From Octopus vulgaris (Eukaryota), in NCBI GenBank assembly GCA_951406725.2, contig OX597814.1:17484001-17548000 (forward strand): a stretch of 64,000 nucleotides of DNA, given 5' to 3'. Every line of letters begins with the position of its first letter. Within the stretch, counting starts at the first letter, position 1. This document shows, piece after piece, positions 52,612 through 64,000 of the stretch. A program made the translations under genes and the position numbers. The notes below the pieces were generated by a model. It was not told the DNA's origin. It did not search any database and was given only the letters and a program-made list of their open reading frames with translations.

Positions 52612-52937
52612 GGGAGCACTCCGTCGGTTACGACGACGAGGGTCCCAGCTGATACGATCAACAGAACAACCTGCTCGTGAAATTAACGTGCAAGTGGCTG
52701 AGCACTCCACAGACACGTGTACCCTTAACGTAGTTCTCAGAGAGATTCAGCGTGACACACAGTGTGACAAGGCAGGCCCTTTGAAATACAGGTACAACTC
52801 ATTTTTGCCAGCTGAAAGGACTGGAGCAACATGAAATAAAGTGTCTTGCTCAAGGACACAACGTGTCGCTTGGAATCGAACTCACGACTTTACAATCGTG
52901 AGCTGAATGCCCTAACCACTAAGCCACGCGCCTTCAC
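52612..52937 (-). mobile_element. CORE-type (OR2-like) SINE, full length
   Basis: tRNA head + GTGTCCTTGAGCAAGACACTT core + the same tail as family C. Confidence 0.88.
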
Positions 52938-53406
52938 ATCATTTATATTAGTAGTAACAGTAACTGTTGTTGTAGTTGTTGCTTTTGTCGTTGCTTTTAT
53001 TATCGTCGTTATTGTACTTCGTTCCCTTGGCAGTCCTGAGTGAATGAACTAAACCCTTGATCAAAGGCTCTCCTGGAGTTCTCATCTTGTATTTTGTGGT
53101 ATATACAGGTCCAGATTGTCTGGTACTTTGTTCATATAGTAGGGTAGTGGTGTATGTGTTGAAGGAGATGTGACTGATATCTCTAATCGATCGAGAATCT
53201 TCGTTGGTTGGTCCAGAATATGTTTTAGCAGTGGATGGAAATTAAGAGAAATGAAATTTTTCTTTTCACCAGAAGACGTTCGAGCCAGGACAGATGTTCT
53301 CTAGAAACATTTGAAAATGATAAGTCGCGATCCCACTGTTCAAGAATTTTCTTCCCTCTTCATTGAGAGAAGGTTTAAATGTCTTTACTGTCAAAAGATG
53401 AACAGT

Positions 53407-53619
53407 GGAGACGCAATGGCCCAGTGGTTAGGGCAGCGGACTCGCGGTCATAGGATCGCGGTTTCGATTCCCAGACCGGGCGTTGTGAGTGTTTATTGAG
53501 CGAAAACACCTAAAAGCTCCACGTGGCTCCGGCAGGGAATGGTGGTGATCCCTGCTGTACTCTTAACGGCGGTGCATCAGCATGGCCGCAGCTCTGAGCT
53601 GAAACTAGAAAAAAAAAAA
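53407..53619 (+). mobile_element. SINE C 5' half joined to an unrelated stem-loop/poly(A) tail
   Basis: Family C sequence to CCCTGCTGTACTCTT, then AACGGCGGTGCATCAGCATGGCCGCAGCTCTGAGCTGAAACTAG(A)n. Confidence 0.8.
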
Positions 53620-54163
53620 TCCTCTGCCGTTGAAGAAGTTCAGATATCGAGTGAATATAAAGAAAGACCATTTTCTATATAAAAAAAACCTAACAAATTG
53701 ATCGAAAATTCTTGTTACCCTTTATATCACTTTTTGCTGAACAAACCTCAAAGACATTTACATAATTTTCCGTAGATCAATGCAACTGCTTCTATGACTG
53801 TAATGTATAATTTAAGAGAGAGAATGCTATTTTTTCTAGCGAACGGAGTGACCACGCAGGAGCTCAGTCATTGGCTCCTTTGTTGGCAGAGAAAAGGTGT
53901 CAGAAGGGAGAATTCAAAGTGTGACTGTTCCGTGTCTTCACGGATTGAAATGAAGAGAATCGGTCGCGATGTTGTTTCGGCTAAACATGTGTTGTTTTAA
54001 TTAATCATTGGATAGTAGTCAATAGTACGAACGTTTTTGTAAAAACACGGCAAACTCTATTTCTGTGTCTGTGTGTGTTTGTGTGTGTTTGTGCGTGTGT
54101 GTATCTCGCTCTCTTTCTCTCTCTATCTCTATATCTCCCAACTCTCACTCACTCTCTGCTTCT

Positions 54164-54568
54164 TATTTCTTAATTGCCCACAGGGAGCTAAACACAGAGG
54201 GGACAAACAAGGACAGACAAAGGGATTAAGTCGATTACATTGACCCCAGTGCGTAACTGGTACTTAATTTATCGAACCCGAAATTATGAAAGGCAAAGTC
54301 GGCCTCGGCGGAATTTGAACTCAGAACGTAACGGCAGACGAAATACCTATTTCTTTACGACCCACAAGGGGCTAAACACAGAGAGGACAAACAAATGGAT
54401 TAAGTCGATTATATCGACCCCAGTGCGTAACTGCTACTCATTTAATCGACCACGAAAGGATGAAAGGCAAAGTCGACCTCAGTGGAATTTGAACTGAGAA
54501 CGTAGCGACAGACGAAATACCGCTAAGCATTTCACCCGGCGTGCTAACGTTTCTGCCAGCTCGCCGCC
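54164..54568 (-). mobile_element. SINE B dimer with TSD CTCTCTGCTTCT
   Basis: Junction GACGAAATACCTATTTCTT near 54337-54355; one TSD encloses both units. Confidence 0.9.
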
Positions 54569-56264
54569 CTTCTCGCTCTCTGCTTCTGACCTTTTATTTC
54601 TGACAGCAATCACACTTCATATGCTATTTTACTCGCATTTGCTCTCTCTTGCTATCAGTTAAAATTCTACATCGGCAGAGCCTCGACAGAATTTCCGCCA
54701 GCAAATATGTGTGCATTTAACTGTCTTTTCTCTGTACGATAAGCATTTATCTGATTGCACACATTTACACATCTATCTTAACGGCACAAACTACCCAGTT
54801 GACATGAAAACCAAAATATCTATGGAGACATTTCCATAACATCTCACAATATAAATTCTCTAATTGACTTTTAGATGTACATTTTTACAAACACTTCCCT
54901 GAAACTATTTACAAATTAATAATGTGAATATTTTATATTCAAATTTCATATGCAATGTGAATTCTGATATCACGTGATGTAGAACTGCTGTTAATTTATA
55001 ATACCAGCAAGATCTATCGTGATCTATTTCCTTTGTAACTAGGAAAAATGAAAGGAACTTTATTTTAATAGAATTCATTTTCATTGTCACATTTGTGAAC
55101 TAATCATTTCAAATCTAAAAATTTTTATAGTTTTAAATTGATAAGTTTCTCTCGCTACTATGGAAGTTAATAGCTAGTAATATATATGGAAAATGAATAA
55201 ACGTTAGTATACAGAAGCTCGGGAAAATATGTACTCAATGTAAAAAAATAAACCCAAAGGATTCATTAAAACTGAGCATATACAATCGTTTTAAAGTTTC
55301 TCATTTCGATTCTTTAATGATTATAACAGAGATAAATATACGGTTTGATTTTCACAAAACATTTGAAAGCGTTCATCGAGCATTAGTTGAAACAAAGAAA
55401 TTGTCAAATATTTGTTGCATGACTTTTGTTAAGGGGTAAGGATATTCAAATCTCAACACAAACACACATTCACAAACACATACAAACACACACACAAACA
55501 CATACACATGCACACATACGCACACACATACATATATTCCAAGTTATTATACTGTATATTAATGATTATTTAAGTGTGTAGAAATAGTAAGATATAAACA
55601 CGCGTGTTCGCAGACTCTGCATTAACGCCGCAGATGGTGAAAGAAGTCCATCTATTCAATTTTCCACAGGAAAATATTCACCTGTTCATATACATAGATA
55701 TGCTGTTAACTTGGATTTATTACCACCAGAACAGAAAGATTTGCAGAGGAAAGATTAAAGGTAACACGTATCAGATAAATCTCACAGTGACAAAGAATGA
55801 ATATAAAGAGACTTTTAATATGGTCCCTGATTCCTGGATAATAGAGAATGATGGTAAGAATATCAGAGAATATAACGGAAAAAAAATGATTATAAAAGGT
55901 AGGAGTAAATCGAAAATAAAGAAAGCTATTCTACTGAAAGAGTAGAAAATATTAAGATCAAACGAGAAATATTTTGGTGTTAGCTAATATTATTTTCGTT
56001 TTCTTTCCTTTTTCTTTTAAGGTTTGCAGTATGCCTTTAAAACACTGCGGCCCTGGATGATAAGGGATGGATTCATTATTGGATTTAAACAGCATAAAGT
56101 ATATCAATTCTTTATGTATGAGCTGAAACTATTTGGAAGTAATGAACATCAAATTGATAGTGCAAGGATTTAATGAATATACTGGTCTGCATTTTCAAAA
56201 ATATCTGATACAAGCTCATGTGTTACTCTGTTACATGTGCAGTAGGTTCGACACCTCGGTGATC

Positions 56265-56516
56265 ACCATCAACAGGAAGGGTCCATACGACCTTTGGGGG
56301 CCCATATAAGACTTTACTGTTAAAATATAGGTGCAATAAATTGCCTATACGTCTACAATACACAAAATAATTTTTATATAATCCCTAAAAATATTTATTT
56401 GTAAAAATATAGTAGGATTTTTTTAATATATACATCAAATGGCTATAGAGGTCCGTTAGTACAAAATAGGAATCAAAGAGGTTCATAGGTAAAAAAAAAA
56501 CGGTTGAGGAACACTG
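56265..56516. mobile_element. Probable hAT-type MITE
   Basis: Right end GGTTGAGGAACACTG is the complement of a Charlie-like TIR; left end is degenerate. Confidence 0.4.
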
Positions 56517-56534
56517 ATTTATAGTAAAGGAATT

Positions 56535-56778
56535 GTTTTGCTTGTTTGTTCCTTCTCAAGCCATGCCTGGTTCATAAGGGCCGGTTTCCGGGTTTCCTTG
56601 GCGTATAAGTTCCCAAGAGGAAAAAGTGAAATAAAGTTGTGGCGAAAGAGTCAGCAGAAGTTCGCCATTACCTTCTACCGGAGCCACGTGGATCGTAGGT
56701 GCTTCGCTCATAAACACACACATCACCCGGTCTGAGATTCGAACCCGCAATCCCTCGACCGCGAGTCCGCTGCTCTTA
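56535..56778 (-). mobile_element. SINE with a C-like head and a third tail type; TSD AGTAAAGGAAT
   Basis: GGAGGCACATGACCTAGTGG..GCGGACTCGCGG..GGGTTCGAATCTC head; tail GGAAACCCGGAAACCGGCCC. Confidence 0.8.
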
Positions 56779-57548
56779 CCACTAGGTCATGTGCCTCCAC
56801 ACAGTAAAGGAATACCAGATGTTAATTATTTCAATGACGTTTTCTTTTTTACTGAGATTGCGGAAACCTGGACTGGGGTTTCAACCAAGCCAGGGACTCT
56901 TGTCAGGATATACCATCACTATCTGACTGATAACACCGTCCTCTTCATGCCACCACTAATTATGTAGCATCGTGAGCACTTTGGAAGAACCGTGGGGATC
57001 ACCAAATCGGGATGATGTACATAATGGCGGTTGATTTTCCGATCGAACCAAATAAAGGCGTGGGTTGGGAGGGTCTTGTTGATAACATTATTTGTTAGGC
57101 GAAATCCCTTACAGAAGAGTTATTTTATCATTTTCATTTTTTTTTCTTCCAGCAAATAAATCATCTTGATTTGAATTTATGATGCACAGAACCGAAACAG
57201 ATATCGCAAGATATCCGTCCGATGCTCTAACATTTCTTCTAAACCACTGCCCTGGTTTTTGAAAGGGAGTAAAGAAACAATTGACCTTGGGAGTATTTGA
57301 AATCAGATTGCAGAACAAACAGCTGGAACATTTTATTCGAAATTCCAAAACCTTTCTCAATTTGCTGCTTTTTGTTATATAGGAGAAGGGATTGAAAAGT
57401 TCCTGATTTTAACGGTATCGTGAAAGGCCTGATTGGATGGAGGCTCAACCTTCCGAATTCTTCTACTGGGCTTAAAAAAACTGAAGGACCGCTGCAATAA
57501 CTGTGTGAACTTGAGACGGGAATATATTGAATAAAATCATAATTAGGT

Positions 57549-57826
57549 CTCAGATGCAGCACGGATTTTTGTCAGTGAACAGGTCGCGAATTTTAACGAC
57601 GAAAATATTTTGACAAATTAAATTTAAATGTTGAAGTGAATCGAACGGCTTTTGTGTGTTTCTTAAATGGCTTACAAACACCTTCCACGCTGCAATTGTT
57701 TTCGTTCCAGCACACGATCCCAGATCAAATCACTTGCTATGCGAGTACAAACACCTTCCACGCTGCAATTGTTTTCGTTCCAGCACACGATCTCAGATCA
57801 AATCACTTGCTATGCGAGTACATCTC
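57549..57826 (+). mobile_element. Hammerhead-bearing insertion with an 11-bp TSD and an internal 73-bp tandem duplication
   Basis: CATAATTAGGT at 57538-57548 and 57827-57837; duplicated unit across 57673-57821. Confidence 0.75.
57568..57617 (+). ncRNA. Minimal type I hammerhead-like ribozyme with a G3-C8 swapped core
   Basis: TTTGTCA-GTGAACA-G-GTCG(loop)CGAC-GAAA-ATAT-T-T-TGACAAA: 7-bp stem I, 4-bp stem II, palindromic stem III. Confidence 0.65.
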
Positions 57827-57932
57827 CATAATTAGGTGATTCTCCTGTATTCTCTTTTACCCAAATGCAGGAACTTTTCAACAGCCCTCGTAGCTATCTT
57901 TGCATTTATGTAGATGAATAGATAGTTATATT

Positions 57933-58016
57933 GAAAGAAAGAAAGAAAGAAAGAAAGAAAAAGAAAGGAAGGAAGAAAGAAAGAATGATAGATAGATAGA
58001 TAGCTAGATAGATAGC

Positions 58017-58076
<60 letters not shown>
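57933..58076. repeat. (GAAA)n and (GATA)n microsatellites
   Basis: Direct reading. Confidence 0.95.
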
Positions 58077-58159
58077 GTCATTTACAAGGGTGACGAAAAG
58101 TAGTCAATATATGGTGAAGAATTTTATTAAGATAATACGTACATCACAAATTTATTGTT

Positions 58160-59350
58160 TACCACAAGCACCAACATCACTACCAAAACCACCACTACCA
58201 CCAACAAGAACATCATTGCTACTGCTGCGGCTACTACTACTACTACAACTACTACAACTACTACTACTACTACTACTACTGCTGTTGCTGTTGCTGCTAC
58301 TACTTCTACTACTTTGCACGATCCAAGGGGTTTCTTACTATGGCTAGATGATAACAACTCCACCATCATCACCATGTCAACTAACGTCACGGTACTACCA
58401 CCACCTCCGCTGCTACCACCAACAACAACAACACGACTGCTTATTCCGGACCCCTTCTCTCCTTTCCAGCCCCTAAAAATCATGCCTGAAGGGGATGAGA
58501 TAGAAGTGTTGATAAGAGATAAAAAAGAAAGTGGTTGGTGATGGTAGGTAGATAAGGCCTTGGTAATGGTGATTGAGCTTTTCATTATGGCGACGGCGGC
58601 GGTGGTGGTGGTGGTGGTGGTGGTGGTGATGGTGGTGGTGGTGGTGGTGGTGGTGGTGGTGGTGGTGGTGGTGGTGGTGGTGGTGTTGGTGGTGGCGACG
58701 GTGGTGATGGCGGTGATGGTAGTGGTGGTATCGGCGGCGGCGGTGATTGTGGTAATGTAGTAGTAGTAGTAATAGTAGCAGTGAGGATAGTGGAGATTTT
58801 TGATGTGGTAGCTGATAGTGGTCCAATGATGGTGTAAGTGCTGGTGGTGGTGGTGGTGGTTATGGCAACGATTATGATGAAGAAGGTAATAAAAGTTATG
58901 GTTGTTGTGTTGGTAGTGAAGGTGGTAAAGACGGTTGGTGTTGGTGTTGGTGGTAGTAGTGGTGGTGGTATTAGAGATGGCCATGGTTGTGGTGGTGGTA
59001 GTGGTTGTTCTTTTTTTCTAGTCATCGTCGTAGTGACGAGTAAAGCCAAGTTCTTAAGTTCACCATTACCACTACTACAAAAACACTGCAAGTAACAACT
59101 CCTTCTGCTACTGAAGCAGGAGGCGAGTCCACCACTGCTACGACACCCCAACCATGAAAATACCCCCTTCCCCACTGTGACTAGCCACTTCATCACATCC
59201 ACCACTATTATCAGCAGCAGTTCCCAATCCCTACCCCCACCCCACATGCCCACCACCAACTCCACCATTAGATCAGTCCGATAACATCCGCGTCAGCGAC
59301 TGCTGACACTGACCCCTGTGGTCAGAAGCACCACTACCATTACTACGACG
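58160..59350. repeat. Degenerate triplet low-complexity region (ACT, ACC, GGT)
   Basis: Direct reading. Confidence 0.8.
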
Positions 59351-59466
59351 GATTTCGAGGCAATAAGGGGCCTGCCTGTCATCTACACAATGCTGACCTA
59401 TATGCTAGAAATAGCAGCCGAGTGTCATTACAGCTTCTTTAGAATATTTCGTATTGGATATTATAT

Positions 59467-59697
59467 ATTTCTTTATTGCCCACAAGGGGCTAAACATAGA
59501 GAGGACAAACAAGGACAGACAAAGGGATTAAGTCGATTACATCGACTCCAGTGCGAAACTGGTACTTTTATTTATCGACCCCGAAAGGATGAAAGGCAAA
59601 GTCGGCCTCGGCGGAATTTGAACTCAGAACGTAACGACAGACGAAATACCGCTAAGCATTCCGCCCGGCGCACTAACGTGTCTGCCAGCTCGCCGCC
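59467..59697 (-). mobile_element. SINE B with TSD TATTGGATATTATA
   Basis: Family match; flanking repeat. Confidence 0.92.
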
Positions 59698-60049
59698 TTA
59701 TTGGATATTATAGTCCGAAGTGTACCAAGTCTGAGAAAGAGACGGAATGGCAATGGATGGAATAATCTTTGAATCATGGAATACCACGTTTCCCGATCAG
59801 GGTCCACTTGGGTGAAAGAGCAACAAGAATCTTCGCGAAATAGCTACGACGAATCTCCCTCAAATTATATCTTCCTTATGAAAAGCGGACACGTTTTATG
59901 TGTCTCTAGAGATATGTGGTCTGAAAATAACAAATAAGCTGAGATGTGCACGGCTGGAATGCCTTTGAATGTATATATATATCTGCTCAATCAGACTTGA
60001 CCTGGGTTAAATATTCTCCTCATTCTATTCGTCGTCGTCGTCGTCGTCG

Positions 60050-60109
<60 letters not shown>

Positions 60110-60441
60110 ACAACAACAACAACAACTACAACACCACCAAGAATAACAAGAACGACCCTTTTAATGCCACAGCCATAAACCAAATCAACTTCGTTGGCAT
60201 GCATAGTAAGACGACAGGATGGTCGTGGCAAGAATGCCTTTGATCATAAGTCAGCATGATCAAGGTTGATCTGGACTAAATAATAACAACAACAACACGA
60301 AATATACCAAAACAACAACAATACAAAGCATGCTACCGTTAACACTATCGTGGTTTCCACACATGCACCTCTATCTCGATTATCACCATTTCTACTGCGT
60401 TCTCGAGAACATACTGTTACGGTAATATTCTGTACCAGAAG

Positions 60442-61044
60442 GGCGGCGAGCTGGCAGAATGGTTAGCACGTCGGACGAAATGCTTTGCGGTATTTCGTCT
60501 GCCGCTACTTTCTGAGTTCAAATTCCGCCGAGGTCGACTTTGCCTTTCATCCTTTCGGGGTCGATTAAATAAGTACCAGTTACGCACTGGGGTCGATATA
60601 ATCGACTTAATCCGTTTGTCTGTCCTTCTTTGTCCTCTCTGTGTTTAAGCCCCTTGTAGGGTAGTAAAGAAATAGGTATTTCGTCTGCTGCTACGTTCTG
60701 AGTTCAAATTCCGCCGAGGTTGACTTTGCCTTTCATCCTTTTGGGGTCGATTAAATAAGTACCAGTTACGCACTGGGGTCGATATAATCGACTTAATCCG
60801 TTTGTCTGTCCTTCTTTGTCCTCTCTGTGTTTAAGCCCCTTGTAGGGTAGTAAAGAAATAGGTATTTCGTCTGCTGCTACGTTCTGAGTTCAAATTCCGC
60901 CGAGGTCGACTTTGCCTTTCATCCTTTCGGGGTCGATTAAATAAGTACCAGTTACGCACTGGGGTCGATGTAATCGACTTAATCCGTTTGTCTGTCCTTG
61001 TTTGTCCTTTCTGTGTTTAGCCCCTTGTGGGCAGTAAAGAAATA
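60442..61044 (+). mobile_element. SINE B trimer (186-bp period)
   Basis: GTATTTCGTCTG starts at 60490, 60676 and 60862. Confidence 0.93.
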
Positions 61045-61321
61045 AGTATTGGATCAGGTCTTTCACATTCGCAAAATTACCCCGCCTTAATTTTGCTCAG
61101 ATTGCTTTTCAATGTTGGTGTATCGATGCAACTCTGAATTTTGATTACGATCAACCAATTACTTTATCTCGTTAATTAAAGAATCTGATGTTATTTGGAA
61201 TTAAAGTTGGGAAATTTGGCTAATTTTAGCCAATCAACAGACAGCATGGCATTAGCAACTGGTTACTACGACAACCACACGCTGTGTTGTGGTTCATTGT
61301 TGTCTGTACCGCTGTTGTCTA

Positions 61322-61731
61322 TACTCTTACTCTTTCTCTTTTACTTGTTTCAGTCATTTGACTGCGGCCATGCTGGAGCACCACCTTTAATCGAGCAACT
61401 CGACCCCGGGACTTATTCTTTTGTAAGCCCAGTACTTATTCTATCGGTCTCTTTTGCCGAACCGCTAAGTAACGGGGACATAAACACACCAGCATCGGTT
61501 ATCAAGCAATGCTAGGGGGACAAACACAGACACACAAACATGCACACGCATATATATATACATTTATACGACGGGCTTCTTTCAGTTTCCGTCTACCAAA
61601 TCCACTCACAAGGCTTTGGTCGGCCCGAGGCTATAGTAGAAGACACTTACCCAAGGTGCCACGCAGTGGGACTGAACCCGGAACCATGTGGTTGGTTAGC
61701 AAGCTACTTACCACACAGCCACTCCTGCGCC
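61322..61731 (-). mobile_element. SINE A, full length
   Basis: Family match. Confidence 0.92.
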
Positions 61732-61934
61732 TATATTACATATTTTTATGTGCTTCTGTGTTAATATTTTCACATATTTTTCATTCCATATATTTTGGGG
61801 ACTCATTGACTCAGCTTTATGATTTCACAAGGTTAATTCTATTCATAAAAACTTAAATTAGTAGTATTTCTTAAACCGTTAGCTTCACATTTCACCAGCA
61901 TAACTGAAATTTAGCCCACGTAACAGAACTGAGA

Positions 61935-62280
61935 GGGATACCATGGAACAGAGAAACTGTTGGTGATACAGATAGGGATGTCACAGTTAGCTACTCCTTT
62001 GCTTCTTCTCACATCGTGGAAGCTGCGGTCAGGACGAGACCCATAGTTTCTGTGGCCGAGCTGAACAAAATCCAGAAATACGGCGATCTGTCGGCCAACT
62101 ACTTTTTCCATCCTGTGGCGTTCGAGACGTTTGGTAGGTTTCGGACCACTAACTGCGAGATTCCTGTCTTCACTGACATCTTGCGAGGCTCGTGAGGGCG
62201 CCTGACTGTTCCAGCGCATCGGCCTCGCCATCACCCGCGGCAATGCTGCAAGCGTGCTGACGTGTCTCAATAGCCATTAG
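61935..62280 (+). pseudogene. CRE-clade non-LTR retrotransposon 3' end (restriction-like endonuclease domain)
   Basis: IPW..DVTV..SFA.SHIVEAA...AELNKIQKYGDL..YFFHPVAFETFG..LFQRIGLAITRGNAASVL. Confidence 0.8.
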
Positions 62281-63142
62281 AAAGGTTTCCTAGCGCCCCA
62301 ACTTTTCAACTCAAGGTGGTGAATTGTTTTGTCTGTTTTTTGTTTCATCTCTTTTTCTTTCTCTCTTTTTTTATTCTTTTTTTTTCTTTTTTAATTTTTT
62401 TCAGTTGTGTTCTCTATTTTGTCCAGTTTTATAGTTTGATTTTGCCTGTGAAGACAATAAAAAATTAACATTTTATAAACAATTTGTGAATAATTTGTAA
62501 GCAAAATTGACATTATTTTTTTAATTCTGCATGCAAAAACATATTTGGGACAAATTCTTTGTTGACAAGTGTTATTCTTATCGTAGTTTACAAATCCAAG
62601 CATGTAAACGTTACTCAACTTTGGAGTTTTGGAGATAGACACTCACACACACACACACATACACACATGCACACACACATGCACTTATATATGAATGATG
62701 TACATAAATACATAGCAGGTATACATAATATTGAAATACACTTAAAGTAAACATAAGTAAAACAAATATATCAATAAAACAAATTTTTAAAAATGATAAA
62801 AACATACAATCAATGAAGAGACAAAAGAAACAATAAGACGGTACATATCTATTTTATTATGTATTTCTGTTTATTTATAAACCTACAATGAACAGGTCAG
62901 ATGCTAAACTATAAATTTCACAGAGTACAACCTTAAAGTTGACATCACTCCGCTAAATGCAGACAATTCCTGTCTTGCTACTGGCTAAAATACTAACTTT
63001 GTTTCCATTTTTAAACCTCTTCTCTCCACAAATCATAACTTCAAAGCAAGGAGACTGGAAGGCTACATTATTATTGCCGATTTTCAGACCTTTTACTTCC
63101 TGTTAAAAAACGCGTATTTTGAGAATGAGAAAAATTAGATCC

Positions 63143-63330
63143 GCAGTATTTCTTCTGCTGTTACGTTCTGAGTTCAAATTCCGCCGAGGTCGACTTTGTC
63201 TTTCATCCTTTCGGGGTCGAATAAATAAGTACCAGTTATGCACTGGATCGATGTAATCGACTAAATCCCTTTTGTCTGTCCTTGTTTGTCCCATCTACGT
63301 TTAGCACCCCACTGTGGGCAATAAAGAATT
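63143..63330 (+). mobile_element. Headless SINE B monomer
   Basis: Starts at about GTATTTC, the same point as the multimer junction. Confidence 0.85.
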
Positions 63331-63689
63331 AAATACTGTGTACTAGAGGTACATTTCGAACAGAAGAGGTTTATTAGATTTTTGTCGGTTAAATAAATGG
63401 ACATAATCCACAAATCCATTGCTCCAGCTGTACTATCTCACGTCTCTAATCAGAATTGTTGTTACACAACCAACGTCACTCTCGTGCGTATCTTTTTTAT
63501 TCTTGGGTGGAGGTATGATAAAAATACATGTTGTTAGAGTATGTGATTGTATTACTTGAAGTTGAATCTTATTTGTTAGATTTTAGAAGTATTATATACA
63601 TGGAGATCTCTAAGCGAACTGGTAATACAAGGTTGTTCAAGGATGTTAAACGAAACATCCGTGTTTCCAGAGGTGAATTATTCAAACTC

Positions 63690-63947
63690 CAAAGAATTCT
63701 TCTCAATACATGATTATGATGTTCACTCCCTACTTCTGCTCGTGATCAGAGATCCACATATTGTCAGCCAGCAAGGGACATGGTCAACTGGTTAAGGTCA
63801 GACAACTAACAAGCAAATCTGTGGTATTGAGCAGAATATTTGCTGTAGCCCATCTTTTATTGCAAGACAAAGCAATGTATATGATAACACTTCCAATCAG
63901 TTAAGATCAGAAGCCACAAGAGCCACTGCCTGGTACTGCATCAGGGC

Positions 63948-64000
<53 letters not shown>
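63690..64000. repeat. Unclassified element abutting a (TTA)n tract
   Basis: Complex sequence ending CAGGGCATT(TAT)n; single copy in the window, so the class is uncertain. Confidence 0.35.

Larger units (their letters stand above)
57380..57892 (+). mobile_element. Mariner-derived MITE, interrupted
   Basis: TIRs TTGAAAAGTTCCTG / CAGGAACTTTTCAA..CTCGTA; residual KKLKDRCNNCVNLRREYIE* resembles the mariner transposase C-terminus. Confidence 0.8.

Noticed and set aside
55670-56080. Weak resemblance of the peptides to cactin (GKYSP...DLQR) or CYP4 (LRPW..DG)
   Set aside because: Short matches that need a stop codon or frameshifts; not enough to name a gene
58127-59268. Thr-, Pro- and Val-rich ORFs of up to 285 aa
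   Set aside because: Degenerate triplet repeats that switch strand polarity; not convincingly coding
60490-61044. CRISPR-like or satellite array
   Set aside because: The units are whole SINE bodies with no unique spacers, in a eukaryotic context

Overview
Repeat-dominated eukaryotic DNA (intergenic or intronic), most likely from an octopus. The species call is an inference from SINE families resembling the published Octopus OK/OR1/OR2 SINEs and from the extreme microsatellite load. No intact host protein-coding gene is supported; almost all ORF-track entries are microsatellite or SINE artefacts. The window holds about 50 copies of four tRNA-headed SINE families (called A, B, C and CORE here), five non-autonomous Helitron-like elements, a full-length decayed Tc1 transposon, a mariner MITE, and fragments of hAT, RTE, R4/Dong, CRE and Penelope-like (GIY-YIG) elements. 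It also contains a 5S rRNA fragment and large triplet-repeat fields. The most notable signal is a set of minimal hammerhead-ribozyme folds in Penelope-like terminal-repeat remnants. One (57568-57617) has the catalytic C3-G8 pair swapped to G3-C8; another (29563-29609) is canonical but buried in a 60-bp fold-back. Other points of interest are a direct-repeat-flanked mini-element with an intron-like interior, SINE multimers with a fixed junction in the tRNA anticodon arm, and a 5S/R4-like chimera. Coordinates were read by eye and may be off by a few bases.
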